From the NCBI RefSeq assembly GCF_009914755.1, contig NC_060930.1: a DNA stretch of 64,000 bases, one strand, 5' to 3'. Origin of the DNA: the human T2T-CHM13v2.0 reference genome, Homo sapiens. Shown in pieces: positions 15,878 to 30,596 of the stretch (position 1 is its first letter; the number at the start of each line of letters is the position of its first letter). The position numbers and the translations under genes were made by a program. Under the pieces are notes generated by a model that did no database searches, was not told the DNA's origin, and worked only from the letters and a program-made list of their open reading frames with translations.

Positions 15878-16362
15878 CAATTTACTTCCCTTTGCCCTTC
15901 ACCCTCCTTTTAAATATAACCTTACAAGCTCAGGGGTTCTGTTGTATTTGCTGATGTTTCCCAAATGCTGAGAGGAGCGACTGGCAGGTAGCCTCATGCT
16001 AATGTCAGAATTAGCAACTCACATGGCTTAATGTGTGTTTATTGATGGAATGAATAAACAAATGAATGAAGAGTAAAAGAGGCTTGTAGGGGCTATTTGG
16101 AATGTCACCAATGTGAAAAATTTGCTTCTGACTTAAAAATAGCTTATGTTCAAAAATGCAATGAAAAAATCATTTCCCTATTTTCATATTAATATATTCC
16201 CTACCATAGGGTTTGCCTTCTTTTTTCCTGTGGGGTAGGTTTATCATGATGATCACTACAGGTTCCTCTTGCCTTTCACATCATCTGTGACAGCTGCAGG
16301 CGGTTAGGACACAGATAAAATATGTAACCTTTGGGAAATGAAGCACCTGGGAGAGGATTTAC

Positions 16363-16531
16363 CTGAGCTAAAGATTCCATTAGGTTTCTCACAATTTTGT
16401 CTTGGTCTTCCGTCAGGATCCTGTGAAGGGTAGCTCGCCTCTCACTGTCCTTCCTCAGCATGAAGAATCCAGAATCTTTTTCTTCAGGGGAAGGAGGAGC
16501 ACTGTGATCTTCAAAATTCTCATCTGGAATG
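16363..16531 (-). CDS. MAP3K5: MAP3K5 exon (~23), 169 nt, IPDENFEDHSAPPSPEEKDSGFFMLRKDSERRATLHRILTEDQDKIVRNLMESLAQ
   Basis: ttctcag|CATTCC...GCTCAG|gtaaat; contains S1033 (PPSP) by count. Confidence 0.97.
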
Positions 16532-16626
16532 CTGAGAAAATTTATGCAGCATAAATCACAGTTCCCTTTATAAAATGACACACTTAACAACACACTTCTC
16601 TCACCCCAAGTAAGTCAGGTCTTTAC

Positions 16627-16804
16627 CCCAAAAAGAGTGTCCGAATTCCCTTGACATCTCTTTCTCCGCAGGACTTGGCTCTTGTTTTGAAAGAGAAGGG
16701 GTCCACTTTCAACTCCGTGTCGGGTGAAACTGAGCCGTACTCACTGCTGCTGCTGGTGTCCTCCACCAGCACAGGTACCGGCAAGGATATACTCCTGAGA
16801 TATT
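16627..16804 (-). CDS. MAP3K5: MAP3K5 exon (~22), 178 nt, (E)YLRSISLPVPVLVEDTSSSSEYGSVSPDTELKVDPFSFKTRAKSCGERDVKGIRTLFL(G)
   Basis: cacaagcag|AATATC...TTGGG|gtaaag; 14-3-3 motif RSISLP (S966 by count). Confidence 0.97.
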
Positions 16805-18989
16805 CTGCTTGTGATGAGAGGAGGGAAAAGATAATTGACACTTTAAAAAATGTACACATACTGAAACACCCATTGAAAGAGGCCATATTCTTTGTCAAAT
16901 ATCTTGTTGCAATGAGCAGCATAATTATGCTATGTAAGGGAACGGTCATGTGTTATGACTGCCTCCCTTGCTCAGCATAACCCATACAGCAGGGTAGCCA
17001 GGAAAGGGCCTCCCAGGCCCTGGGAGGGATATCTCTGGGGTACCAAAACAGTCAAGGAAGCCCAAGTTCAGTGGGTCTACTGAGGGTCTGATCCCCTCAT
17101 TTTTACTGACTACTAATTATTTCTATTTATGGGTCTCAGTTTTCATATTTATCAAATTCAGGGTCAGATTGATAATCTTTAAGCCTGTTCTTCAGGGGCT
17201 TAAGTGTCTCCATTAGCATCTTGGGGCTGCCTTGGTTGGGATGAGTGAGTGGGATGCTGTAGGTCTAGACCACAGGTTCCAATCCTGTTATACCTGAAAC
17301 CAGAGAAAATATGCTGACTGTCATATATCACAGTTCTGCTTAAGGATTCATATAAAAAAGGATTCATCACTGAAAACAAATTTTGGAAACAGATGGACTA
17401 GATGATCTCTTAGGTCTGTCCTGGTTCTCAGATACTATGATTCTCTAGTAGACATGAGCTGCTTCTTTATTTGGATGGAGAATAAGACAGTGGAGTTGCC
17501 TATATTTCCTCAAACATTGGTTTTAAAGAAAGCTTCATAGGTTGCTCTGGGTGTCAACATCTTTCCAGCAGATGGGGAAGAAAGAGTAGGAGGATCTCAT
17601 AGGAAGTTTTTATGAATCATGCTTGGGTGAGTTGCCACTCGGGCCCACCATCCATTGCCCAAGCCTCAGTCCACCAGCCACAGTTACTTGCCAGGAGGCT
17701 GGGAAACCCCAGAAGGAAAAGGAAACAGGTCTGGAGGACAGCTAGTCAGTCTCTGTATATGTATGCCTGAACAGTTCACAGAAAGAAAAACACAAAAAGC
17801 TCCCAAATGTATATAAAACTTCTCAGCCTCACTCCTAATGAGAGAAACGGGTATCTGAATCACAATAAAATACTGTCCATGATCTATCCTATGGACAGAT
17901 ATGCAAAAAAAAAAAAAAAAAAGAAAGTGGTTTTTGCCAGAAACATCTTTATCAAACACACATCCTAATGCTACAAAAGCATTTTAATAAAGAATGAAGG
18001 TATAAAATTATAGAAAAGGAAATCCACTGTTGCCTGGAATCTCCTTCTTACTTAATTCCTCTTGGGCTGAACTGAATCAACTGCCCTGATCTCAAGGATA
18101 GGGGACTCATGACATTGGTTTCAGCTGTAGCGAGAAAGACGGAAGTACATACAGCTTTCAGGAACAGCTGACCTCGGGGGAAACCACCTTACTGGTCAGT
18201 AACTGGAAAGTCTCCCCAGGATGAATTGGTTGACTTATCTGCTGTTATTTAAATAGTTCTGTAGCTGAATCACTAGAAGGCAGGAAGCAAGAGGAAGCCA
18301 CAAAGAGTTGCTGAATTGACCAATTAAGTACCAGTATGCAAATGATATATGGCAGGGGAAATGCCTGGCATGTATTGTTTCCACATATTCTGGAGCAGCT
18401 CATGGGCCTAGCATTTCACGGACCATATTTTGGGCAGTGCTGCTACAGCAGAAAGGAAATGGGTGACCTCTTCCTTGCTGGTAATAGTAAGGTTGTCTGA
18501 GAGAAGAAAGGTTTGAAGGGGGGCCCAAACACCAAACTGCTTTTGAGTCATTCCTGGGGAAGGTCAAGGTCTATAGTGTGCCTTGTTTCACTTTAGAGTC
18601 AACATCTCGCTATTTGGGGGGAACGGACTTTAGAACAGAAAAAAATAGCTGCTTGGGAGAAAGAGTTTCACTGCTATGAGATGTCAAGTCCCTAAAGTTA
18701 AATGTTACTGATGGAAGAATACAGCTGAAGAAGAGCTCTTGGCTTGACTGAGTAGCTGATCTCTTTACAAGAAGGGATACAAGCCCTGCAGTGGAACTCA
18801 CTGCTGATCCTTCAGACTTGGTGAGTTTCTTCACCAGCCCATTTTTATGAGATGCATGCCACACTCAGAAACAGAGGTGTGCATCATTCATATTTCAAAG
18901 ACAAAATTGTTGTTTCTTGGGAGTAAAGAGACTAGTACAGACTAGACTAGAAGAGTACAAGATGAGGGATTCCTATCGTGTGTTTCCGT

Positions 18990-19012
18990 GTTTGTGTGTG
19001 TGTGTGTGTGTG
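18990..19012. repeat. Short (TG)n microsatellite
   Basis: Read directly from the sequence. Confidence 0.85.
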
Positions 19013-19293
19013 GTAAATGTATGTGTATCTAAAGAAGAGAAGGAGTAAGGACTTGAATTATCCTGTATTTTGGCTTTTTGGTCATATCATGTGGTTTGAT
19101 TATCCAGTAATGAGAGGACTTGTGTCACGCCTGTGAATTTTAACGTTGCTGTGACTACCGACTGCCTAAAAGGAGGCCTAATGAGGTAAAACTGTATATG
19201 CTTAAGGATGGAACCGAGTGCCTGTCACTATGGCTCGTTAAGGAAATAAAGGGACTTACAGATATTCTGCATGTTCTATGTGCAGAGCCCTGA

Positions 19294-19595
<302 letters not shown>

Positions 19596-19924
19596 TGCTT
19601 GATTTTAAATGAGTGAACCTGATTCTAGATTGAGTCCCCTTCTCTATTAGGCACATGCATTCATTCATCCAACATACAGTTGTGGATCATCTACTATATG
19701 TCAGGTAGCCAGCAGGAGTTGCTGATGGACTGGAGTGAAGAGTGTGAAAAGGAAGAATCAAAAATGACTCCAAAGTAGAATTCTGGCCTAAGAAACTGAA
19801 TGGATGCATATCGTACTTATATTCTAAGATGAGAAATAATACAGGCCAAAAAGGAAAGTTCTTTTTAGTGGATAAGGGGTGTTATTTGACAGTTCAGTTT
19901 GAAAAATGAAGACGGCAATTGGGC

Positions 19925-20205
<281 letters not shown>

Positions 20206-22014
20206 CAATTGGATATGAGTCTGGAGCTCAGAAGACTGGGCTAGATAGAACCTCAGCAGCCTACCTGGCTGGAGATGGTATTTAAAGTAAAGGATGACAT
20301 AATTTGGGGAAAGATAAAAAGACAGCATAGACCCGGCCCTTAAGAATGCCAATATTTAGAGGAAAAGAAGGGGATGAACAGGCAGCCAAGGAGAATGACA
20401 AGGAGCAGCCATGAGGTTGGAGGAAAACAGAGAAAATGGGGTGTCATGGAAGCCCACACAGGAGAGGGCGAAAGTAAGAGAGAACAGTCATCCAGGCTGA
20501 GAGCCACTGAGAAGTTGAGTAGGTTGAGAAAGGCACTTGTTGGATTTGGCTAAAGAGATCTCATTAGATCTTGGCCAGAGCAGGCCCAGTGATCGCGTGG
20601 AAGGGGAGACGCTACATGGGTGGGAAGGAAGAGGTGGAGATCTGGAGACACTGTACTTCAAGACGGGAAGCTGTGATGTGGGGCAAAAAAAGGTGGTGGT
20701 GTCAGCCAGTGAGGCCATTTGTAGATCAGGGGAAGGACGGGTTTAGGACAAAAGACATTAGAGCATGTGTATATGGAACTCACTGGGAGAGGCAGAAGCT
20801 GGAGGAGTCACGGGGGCTCCACAGGAGCCAGAACTCATCTGTGAGGGATTGGCCTTCTGTAGGAAAATGGATGTTTTCTCTATTGTAAGGGGTGGAAAGA
20901 GCAAGACAGGTGGTGCTGAGACAGTTTGCTTTATACGTTTGTGGTGGAAATATGATCAAATCCACGCCTGAGATTTCTACCTTCTTAAGTTATGACGATT
21001 TCCAGGCAAGTGAGAATGCGTAGTGCCTTTCTGTGTCACTGTAAATGGGAAGAAGCTCAAGTGTAACTATTTCCAGGGGAGCACGGTGACAGTTTCCAGA
21101 TATCACAGAGGTTACAAGTTCCTCGAACATAAGCTCATACACGTGAGTGATTGGGACCCCAGGCTGCAAGAGAGGAGCCTGGCAGGATTTCCAGTCACAG
21201 GCAGCCTTACTGCTGATATCTTGCCAGGTATTAAGAAGCCCTCCTCTATGGGGCTGACCACGAAGAGTCTAAAAGAGGCTGAATGAACCTCTCTGAGGAT
21301 AGGACATGTCAAAGGTGTGTCTCTAAGGAGATGATTCTCATTGCCTTATTTCAGGGGCTGATGGGAAGGGGTGTGAGCCCCATATCCCCTAAGAGATAGC
21401 TTTACCAAGAGGCCAGGAGTAGGCTGGAGTCAGGAGGGGTGACTGGCAACCCTATGGACTCCAGATTGCTGGGAGCTCCCATCTATGGAAGGGAGACAGT
21501 GCGACCTTTAAGGAATTAGATACATTCCTGCTTTGGGAAAACGGGGATTTTCTAAATCCCTTCCATTGCTGTGAGGGTGGCCTCAGATCCTAACAGCTAT
21601 TCATGATCACTAGGGATCTTTATGGTTCTCCTTCTCCTAGACAGTTTAGGAACAGTCTGGCCACAACACAGAGTCTCCTAACTGGCCATCCTGCCTCCAG
21701 TCTCCAACTGGCCAAACATAGAATAGTGGTTCTCACACTGCAGTGATGACAAGAATCATCTGGGTTTACTTAAAAGTACAGAATTCCAGCTTGCACCTCC
21801 AGATTCTGAGAAGGGCCAGGCATTTTAATTTTTAACAAGCATTGCAAGAGATCCATGCAGGCAGGATCTGGGACCAACTGAGGCATAGCTATATTCCTAG
21901 TGCCTTGTGCCTACATTCTAGTGCCAAGTGCATAGCAGAGGGTTAAAAATGTTATGGAATAAATCTTACTAAATAAACCATCCTCACACAGCCATCGGAA
22001 TGATCCATCAATAG

Positions 22015-22210
22015 CTTCACTGTCCAATATGGTCACTACTACCCACATATGGTTATTAACACTGACATTTAAATAATAAAAATTCAGTGCCTCAGCCATG
22101 GTAGCCATGTTTAGTGTCTAATAGCCACATATGACTAGTGGCTAATGTATTGGACAGGGCAGATAAATGACATTTCTCTTACTGTAGAATCATAGGTCCA
22201 GTGCTGGTCT
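22015..22210. mobile_element. MER3-like hAT-Charlie relic
   Basis: ctgtccaatat...gtattggacag internal inverted repeats. Confidence 0.65.
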
Positions 22211-23080
22211 ATAATATTATTTCAGATAAAAATTTTCCCCGGCTCCCCAACCCTCCTTGCTGATTCCTTAACATTTCATAAGGAGCCCTTTGGGATCTGA
22301 GCCTGCTCCCCACTCCAGCATCATCCCTCCCCTTTTACTTTAAGCACCAGTGCTGCTGAGCCAGCAAGCCTCCCTTAACACACAGTAAAGTTTCACACAT
22401 CCTGGCATTAACTCATGCGAGAAGTCGCCTCACCTGGATCTCCACTCCCCATTCACCTGTTAAGTTCATATTTGTCCTTACTCATCAGGTGCACCTCACT
22501 GGAAAGTCTGCCTTGAAACAGCATTCTCAGACTGACTTCAGTCACTGTCTCTCCCTTTTGACTCCTCTGCACAGACTAAACTATACTATGGTGGAGATGA
22601 TTTTTTCCAGTGTTTTTCTCCTATAAGGTCAATGGCTCTTTAAAATCAGGAACTCTGTCTTTATCATCCTTATACGTTCAGGGCCTAGCACATTTCCTGT
22701 GCACACCATAACTGTACAATTAATATTTAAGCTGACATGAATTACTTAAATCTCTGGGTCTGTGTGTGGCCATGGAAGAGCAGTCAGGATGAGACAAGTC
22801 ATGTCCCTCTCTAAAGGGGAAGGGGGTCTCATTGTCACCACCCTCTTACTCCCCTCTTGAGGGGAAGCCAAGTGCAGTTATGGGAGGTAGAGAACCTTGA
22901 GAGGTGGGCCTGTGCTCTGGACAGAAACACATATATGGCCTATAGAAAGTACCTGGGGAAGGAAGAGGCCTGTATCTTGTACTCATCTAGGAGAGTAAGA
23001 CGAGCTAATAGGTCATTGTTTCAATTGACATGAGGCAGGCCATTTCCTATAATACCTGGGAACAATCAAATGGGATTTTA

Positions 23081-23380
<300 letters not shown>

Positions 23381-23658
23381 CTAATTTGGTTAGCACATCT
23401 GTCCTGCTCTCCTAGGAAGGAGAGGGAGGAGGCACATCATCCATGTAATGATATTGTTTTAGCTGAGAGTCTGAACAGTTTAATCATGCAGGGAATTGGG
23501 GACTGCCCCTTTTTCTAGGCCCAAGTCCATATGTAAGCAAGAACGGCGAAAGGGCAGTGGGAACCTGACTGACTAGAGTTCAGCAGGTTTACACCGTCCA
23601 TCTCACGCTCACCCCAAGGTACATAGTCACTGAGAAGACATAGAACTGTCCACTTAAA

Positions 23659-23661
<3 letters not shown>

Positions 23662-23689
<28 letters not shown>
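23662..23689. repeat. (CT)n microsatellite
   Basis: Read directly from the sequence. Confidence 0.9.
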
Positions 23690-23695
<6 letters not shown>

Positions 23696-24372
23696 GCACG
23701 CTCTTGCCAAGTGTGTATGGTTGAGTTCACAGAAGTTAAATGCGTGTGTGTGATGGGAAACTATTTCCTGCGAACAAAAACCAAGCCATGTGGAAGGGAT
23801 AAAACAATCATGGATTAAACTTCCAGGCACAGCTCCAAGGCTCTTTTAGGATATTATTTTATTTTATTCCCAGAACCAAATCTGTGAAGTAGGTAATGTT
23901 ACCAGCACCGAATGACAGAAGAAATATGCATGTCCCATATTTAGAAAGTGGGTCAATGGGATCAGAACCCACTTCTGTGTAATTCTGAAGTCAGTGCCCA
24001 TTTTAGGACACCAGAAGCAGGCTGGTCAGAAGGTTGCCAAGCACTGCAGGGCCGACTTTGTGACAATGCAAGGCTGCCTTCCGGAGCCCAGGCTGTCTGT
24101 GGAGAAAAGAGGTACAAGGGTGTGCCTGTCTTCTTCTGAGTTTCCCCAGATTCTCAGAATGGAAGAAATGGAAGAAGAAAAAGTAGAGAGGCTGTACCCA
24201 GGAAACCCCAATTAACAGGCCTCTACTCTGGGCTGACTGGCTTTGGGGCATCAGAGGAACCTGCAAAAACCTGCCCTTGGCCTGCAGAACCCATGCACAA
24301 TGAACATTAAGCCCCCTGAACTGTTTGATCAACCACACATCCAACTTAGGAAAATCCAACACCATGCTGTTA

Positions 24373-24679
24373 ATTTTTTTTTTTTTTTTTTTTTGAGACA
24401 GGGTCTCGCTCTGTCACCCAGGCTGGAGTGCAGTGGTATAATCACGGCTCACTACAACCTCCACCACCCCAGTCTCAAGCGATCCTCCCACCTCAGCCTC
24501 CCTAGTAGCTGGGACCATAGGCATGCACCACCGCACCCAGCTATTTTTCTGTATTTTTAGTAGAGATGGGGGTCTCACCATATTGCCCAGGCTGGTATTG
24601 AATTCCTGAGCTCAAGCAATCTGACCATCTCGGCCTCCCAAAGTGCTAAGACTATAGGCGTGAACCACCATGCCCAGCC
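24373..24679 (-). mobile_element. AluJ
   Basis: Full dimer, long T tail. Confidence 0.9.
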
Positions 24680-25207
24680 TCATGTTCATTTCTTTATTAT
24701 TCTTCTAAATGCTTTAATGGATCTTCTTAGAGCAAATCTACTTTCTCTACCTTCCTAGTTATGATCCGCAAAAGCCAACGTTAGAAAACAAAGGCACAAT
24801 AACTCCTGGCCACTAAAAATAGAATGTATCACCCCAAAGATGACAGAGGAAGGTATCTGGCATTTACATTTTCCACAAGAAATACATTAGGTAGTCAACT
24901 GGTTCCTAGATAAAGAAGCATTTACTTCACTCAAATTGAAGCTGTCAAAAACACAGTCACCATCTTGCTTTTAGGGAGAAAAAATTTAAGCCATCCCCAC
25001 TCATGAAAGAGAAAGATGAAGGATTTCCAAAGGAATAAGCCCAGCCAGGCTTGCAGCTGCACACATCCTTATAGTATCTAGTACCGCACCCTCCTTTCCC
25101 CCCATGTAAGCCAGGAGCAGAGCATGAGGCTACTTGATGGGAAGTCTGGAGTTTATCACACCAGACACCAGGTCTCAGCTCAATGGGCAAAGTAAAAACA
25201 AACTCAC

Positions 25208-25228
25208 CATTTGATCCAGCTGAAAGAG
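25208..25228 (-). CDS. MAP3K5: MAP3K5 microexon (~21), 21 nt, (A)LSAGSN(E)
   Basis: ttttctttccacag|CTCTTTCAGCTGGATCAAATG|gtgagt; phase 1-1; supplies the ALSAGSN of the recalled protein. Confidence 0.95.
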
Positions 25229-25987
25229 CTGTGGAAAGAAAAGCAAACAGCCATGAATAAGCACGTGCTGGGTTTGTTGTTAAACTGAGAAATCAACAAA
25301 AAATGAATGCCTGAAATGGGGTCAATGTCCTTTCCAAACATTCAATCTGCCCATTCTCCTCCAATATAAACATCAAAAAACGCCAAGAACAATTGGAACC
25401 TTTACTTTTTTTTCTGAGTTATAGACAATTATTGCAAAAATATAATGTACTTATATTTTTACACTACTGTTTTATTTATAGCTGGCAATCTTTTCTCTCT
25501 TTCTTTTTCCTTCTTGCCTTTTTTTGGGTGTAATTATTCAGAAGTATATACCCTAAGAGGCAACAGGTATTTTCTACTGCCTTAAAAGAACCTATTACCT
25601 ACAGGGCTTGGAAATCCAACAGCTCTATAATGGCTCTGTAGGCCCATTTGTGGTAATCTGGGGTTTCAGCTCTAAAAGGCTAAATTTAACCCCTCTTACA
25701 CTTGAACCTTAGTATCCACAATGTTAGAGTGATATAGATGGTGACATATTAACTACCTACTAACTATGTGATTGAAGACTATTATGTATGAGGTCCCAGC
25801 ACTTGTGAAATTGATGGAATACAGCTCCCTGATACTGCAACCAAATGCCTGAGAACACTGTGCTAATATTTATACCAATTTCCAGTGATATCTGTAAACA
25901 GGTTAGTTTACTTCCGGAAAATTCTTCCATCTTAAAAGCTTAGGATTGAAGGACTCAGACTATATCCTCTTCAATGCAACCACATAC

Positions 25988-26165
25988 CTGAAAGCTTAGG
26001 TTGTGTCTTTTTCTTTTTGCTTGAAACTTTTAAAAACTCATCAACAAGCAAGTCGTTAGCACAGGCTCTCTTGTCAGGATCTGGTTCAAAACATTTCAGT
26101 ATGAATGCCTTGGCCTCTGCAGACATGGACTCTGGGATCTCAGGGTGGACTTTAAACATTCCCAC
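25988..26165 (-). CDS. MAP3K5: MAP3K5 exon (~20), 178 nt, [59 protein letters not shown]
   Basis: tcttag|GTGGGA...TTTCAG|gtatgt; end of the kinase C-lobe. Confidence 0.98.
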
Positions 26166-26476
26166 CTAAGACATAAATATAAAAAGTGCAATGTGCCTTC
26201 TGAGTGAACATCTCAGCACCTGAACTCCAGCTTCCATAACTTGACCCCCCAATGCAACAAGATCCCTTATCATACAACACAAACTTATGGCTTTTCTCAA
26301 AGGGAGATAAGATGTGTTTGCTGCAGGTTATAGAAGATCAACAGAGTGCCTTGGTACCTTTACCAATGGCACAGGCAGAATAATTAGTTGAAGACAGTAG
26401 GCAGCACTATGAAGTAATAATTTAGTCCTTCAAAGCTTTAGAACATATTGGTACATTGGCACACAAAAAGGATCTT

Positions 26477-26789
26477 TATTTTTCTTTCTTTCTTTCTTTT
26501 TTTTGAGACAGGATCTCACTCTGTCACCCAGGCTGGAGTGCAGAGTGGTGCAATCTCAGCTCACTGCAGTCTCGACCTCCCAGGCTCAAGCGAGTCTTTC
26601 ACCTCAGCCTCCTGAGGTAGCTCGGACTACAGGCATATGCCACCACGCCTGGCTAATTTTTTGTACTTTTTGTAGAGATGGGGTTTTGCCATGTTGCACA
26701 GGCTGGTCCAAACTCCTGGGCTCAAGCAATCCACCCACCTCAGCCTCCCAGAGTGCTGGGATTTCAGCCACGAGCCACCATGCTCAGCC
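26477..26789 (-). mobile_element. AluJ
   Basis: Full dimer. Confidence 0.9.
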
Positions 26790-27266
26790 ACCGAGCTGAG
26801 ACCACTGCGTTGCTCACAGTAGCTAAGTGCTGGGCATTGTGCTGGGGTTTCTCCACTTACAGATCTCATCAAATCCTTCCAACAATCCAGCGGATTAAAT
26901 ATTTTCCTTGTTACACCAATGAGGAAAATAAGGCTTAGAAAGGATGAGGTAACAAGGCTAAGAAAAGGGAGATCTGGGATTTGAACCTGAATTGTTCGGA
27001 TTAAAGCCTATGTTCTTTTCCCTATTACATGATTTGTGAATATCTTCCCTGTCTCAAATCACCTGCATTAAAAGAGATATTTAAAAGCACTTTAAAATTA
27101 AACAATATTTTTATAACAATTAGAATTTACTTATTACTGCTATTCTAAAAAAAATTAATGGTATTTTCATTTTTTAGTACAGAGCAAATTTTCAAAGGAA
27201 ATCCTTTTGTTCTTATACAGCTTATGTAAATTCATTGTAATATAAACAATATATAATTATTTGTAA

Positions 27267-27691
<425 letters not shown>

Positions 27692-28226
27692 TAGATGAGG
27701 AAACTGAGGCACAAGCAGGTTAAATAATTTGCTCAAAGTCTCAAATATCTTGACCATGTTGGAGCCTGGATTCAAACACTGTAAACTGGTGCCACAGTCT
27801 ATGTCATGTCATCTCTCTAAGATAGCAACTTCCTGTGCACAGCTTAGACTGGCCTAATGTGACAAAAAAACACATGGTATAATAATCATTGCATTCGTGA
27901 ATTATAAAGCAGCATTTCAGATAAGTCCTAGACACTGGAGAAAACCTGAAAGACTGGCCAAGAAGAGAAAGACATCCACTCATGGCAAGAAAGGCACCTC
28001 TCTTGGCACCTGCCATTGCTCTCTGAGGTTTGGTCACACTACTCATTTTTATACCAGCAGTGTCCTATCAGATTGTCTTCAAGCATAAAGCCAAGCTTTG
28101 CACAAAAGCAGAAGGTCTGTAACAACACATGGCCCCTCACAAGAGGCTATGCACAGATGGAATAAGAGCTAGAAACATGGTCTGCAGCAGGGAGAGGAAT
28201 AACAATTACCATCAAAAGTCCTCTCA

Positions 28227-28741
<515 letters not shown>

Positions 28742-29392
28742 TCAAGATGCAGGTCATAGCCATGCTCAGTCCCCAGATCTCAAAATGCTGGCACTTGTGC
28801 TCTCATGAGCCTATTTCTATTATCAGGTACCTCCTACTGCAAAAGGTGGGGCTTCTTCCTCCTCCCATAGGAGTTACTGATGGGCAAATTAACAAGCTAG
28901 AGGAGTAGGTATATGAGAATAAGACTGATTTACTTAAAATGGTAATTATGCTCTTTTTTTTAAAAAAAATGAAGCCTTCAAACTATTATGGTAGAGAAGT
29001 AAAGGAAATTATTAATTTTGGTTTAATTCCTAAATGGATTATAAAAAAAGTTCTTCTATCTTCATTCACGGAAAATTTTCAGACTGTTTCCCAAAGGGCT
29101 TAAATCATCTTCAGTATAGTCATGTGTTATTTATACTGCGTTGTTAAAAGGTGGTCAATGGAAGTTACATTGAATCTCACTTTATAGCTGAGAAAACTAA
29201 GGCACAGAGAGATCCACTGTGTGAGGCACCAGCGCTGGTTCTAACCGAGAGAGAATCTTCTTGACCTTTAATGTGTTCTAAGTTGTGTTTACTTAGCACC
29301 CTTTATCTAAAAAAATATGACACACACACACAGAACATCCAACAGCTATAAAAAGCTTTATCCATTTGTTTTTAAGAGAAATGAAGTGTGAC

Positions 29393-29550
29393 CTTGAACA
29401 TAGCTGCTTGTGGTTCTCCCAGTTCATAAAATGGGGGTTTTCCTGTGGCCATTTCAATGATTGTACAGCCCAGAGACCAGATGTCTGCTGCTTTTCCGTA
29501 GCCTCTTGGTCCTTTATCTATTATTTCTGGTGCCATATACTGGAGGGTAC
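29393..29550 (-). CDS. MAP3K5: MAP3K5 exon (~19), 158 nt, [52 protein letters not shown]
   Basis: ttccag|GTACCC...TTCAAG|gtcaca; APE and DIWSLG motifs. Confidence 0.98.
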
Positions 29551-30254
29551 CTGGAAACAATTCAAACACATTTCCATTTTAAAAAGATAAAACAGAAGGG
29601 TATCTAATGACAGTTTTTCAACAGAATTTTTCAACAGAAATGAGACAACTGTAAAAACATGATTCAAGTCCTAATATCGTTTGTGAGTTCCAGTTTTCTC
29701 TGCTATTAATAAAAGTGGAAATAGCAGTTTTTATAATGGATTTCATCAGTGACATAAAAATACTTTACCCATATTATCTGGTTATGAATAGGTACGCTCT
29801 TATTCCCTAGACAGTGGAGTATAAGTGAGGCATCATTTCATTGGGCTTCTTAGAAACTTCTAACAATTAGTCTTTTGAGAACAATAACATCAGTACACAT
29901 TTCTTGAAGTGCATGAAGACTGTTATTATGTAAACTTCTAATCTTTTCCAGAAGAGAATATAGTTCATTCATCCATTTCCTTAGCTCTATCTCTATTTTT
30001 CAGTTCCTAAATTGAATGCTTTAACTCTTCTGTTTTCATTCTTATTTCTTAATCATGACAGCATAAAGATTCTGAAAGCCATTGTGAAAATTAATGCAAA
30101 TAAATTTCTGGTGTGCCCTATTCTGTAATCCAAATATACATGACTCCTGCTGCTGTCTGTGGTCCATGGACTAACAGGTTTAAGAGATCAAAGACAGGCC
30201 ATGAGCCATCCATATAGACACATAATCAGATACAGTGACTAAGAATAAAGTGAA

Positions 30255-30596
<342 letters not shown>

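Noticed and set aside
16651-16980. 109-aa plus-strand ORF
   Set aside because: Antisense shadow of the MAP3K5 exon at 16627-16804. The same applies to 46835-47125, 29366-29590 and 61375-61566.
26000-26025. SSKKKK basic patch as a possible NLS
   Set aside because: Part of the known ASK1 sequence; nothing in the DNA supports a localisation function.
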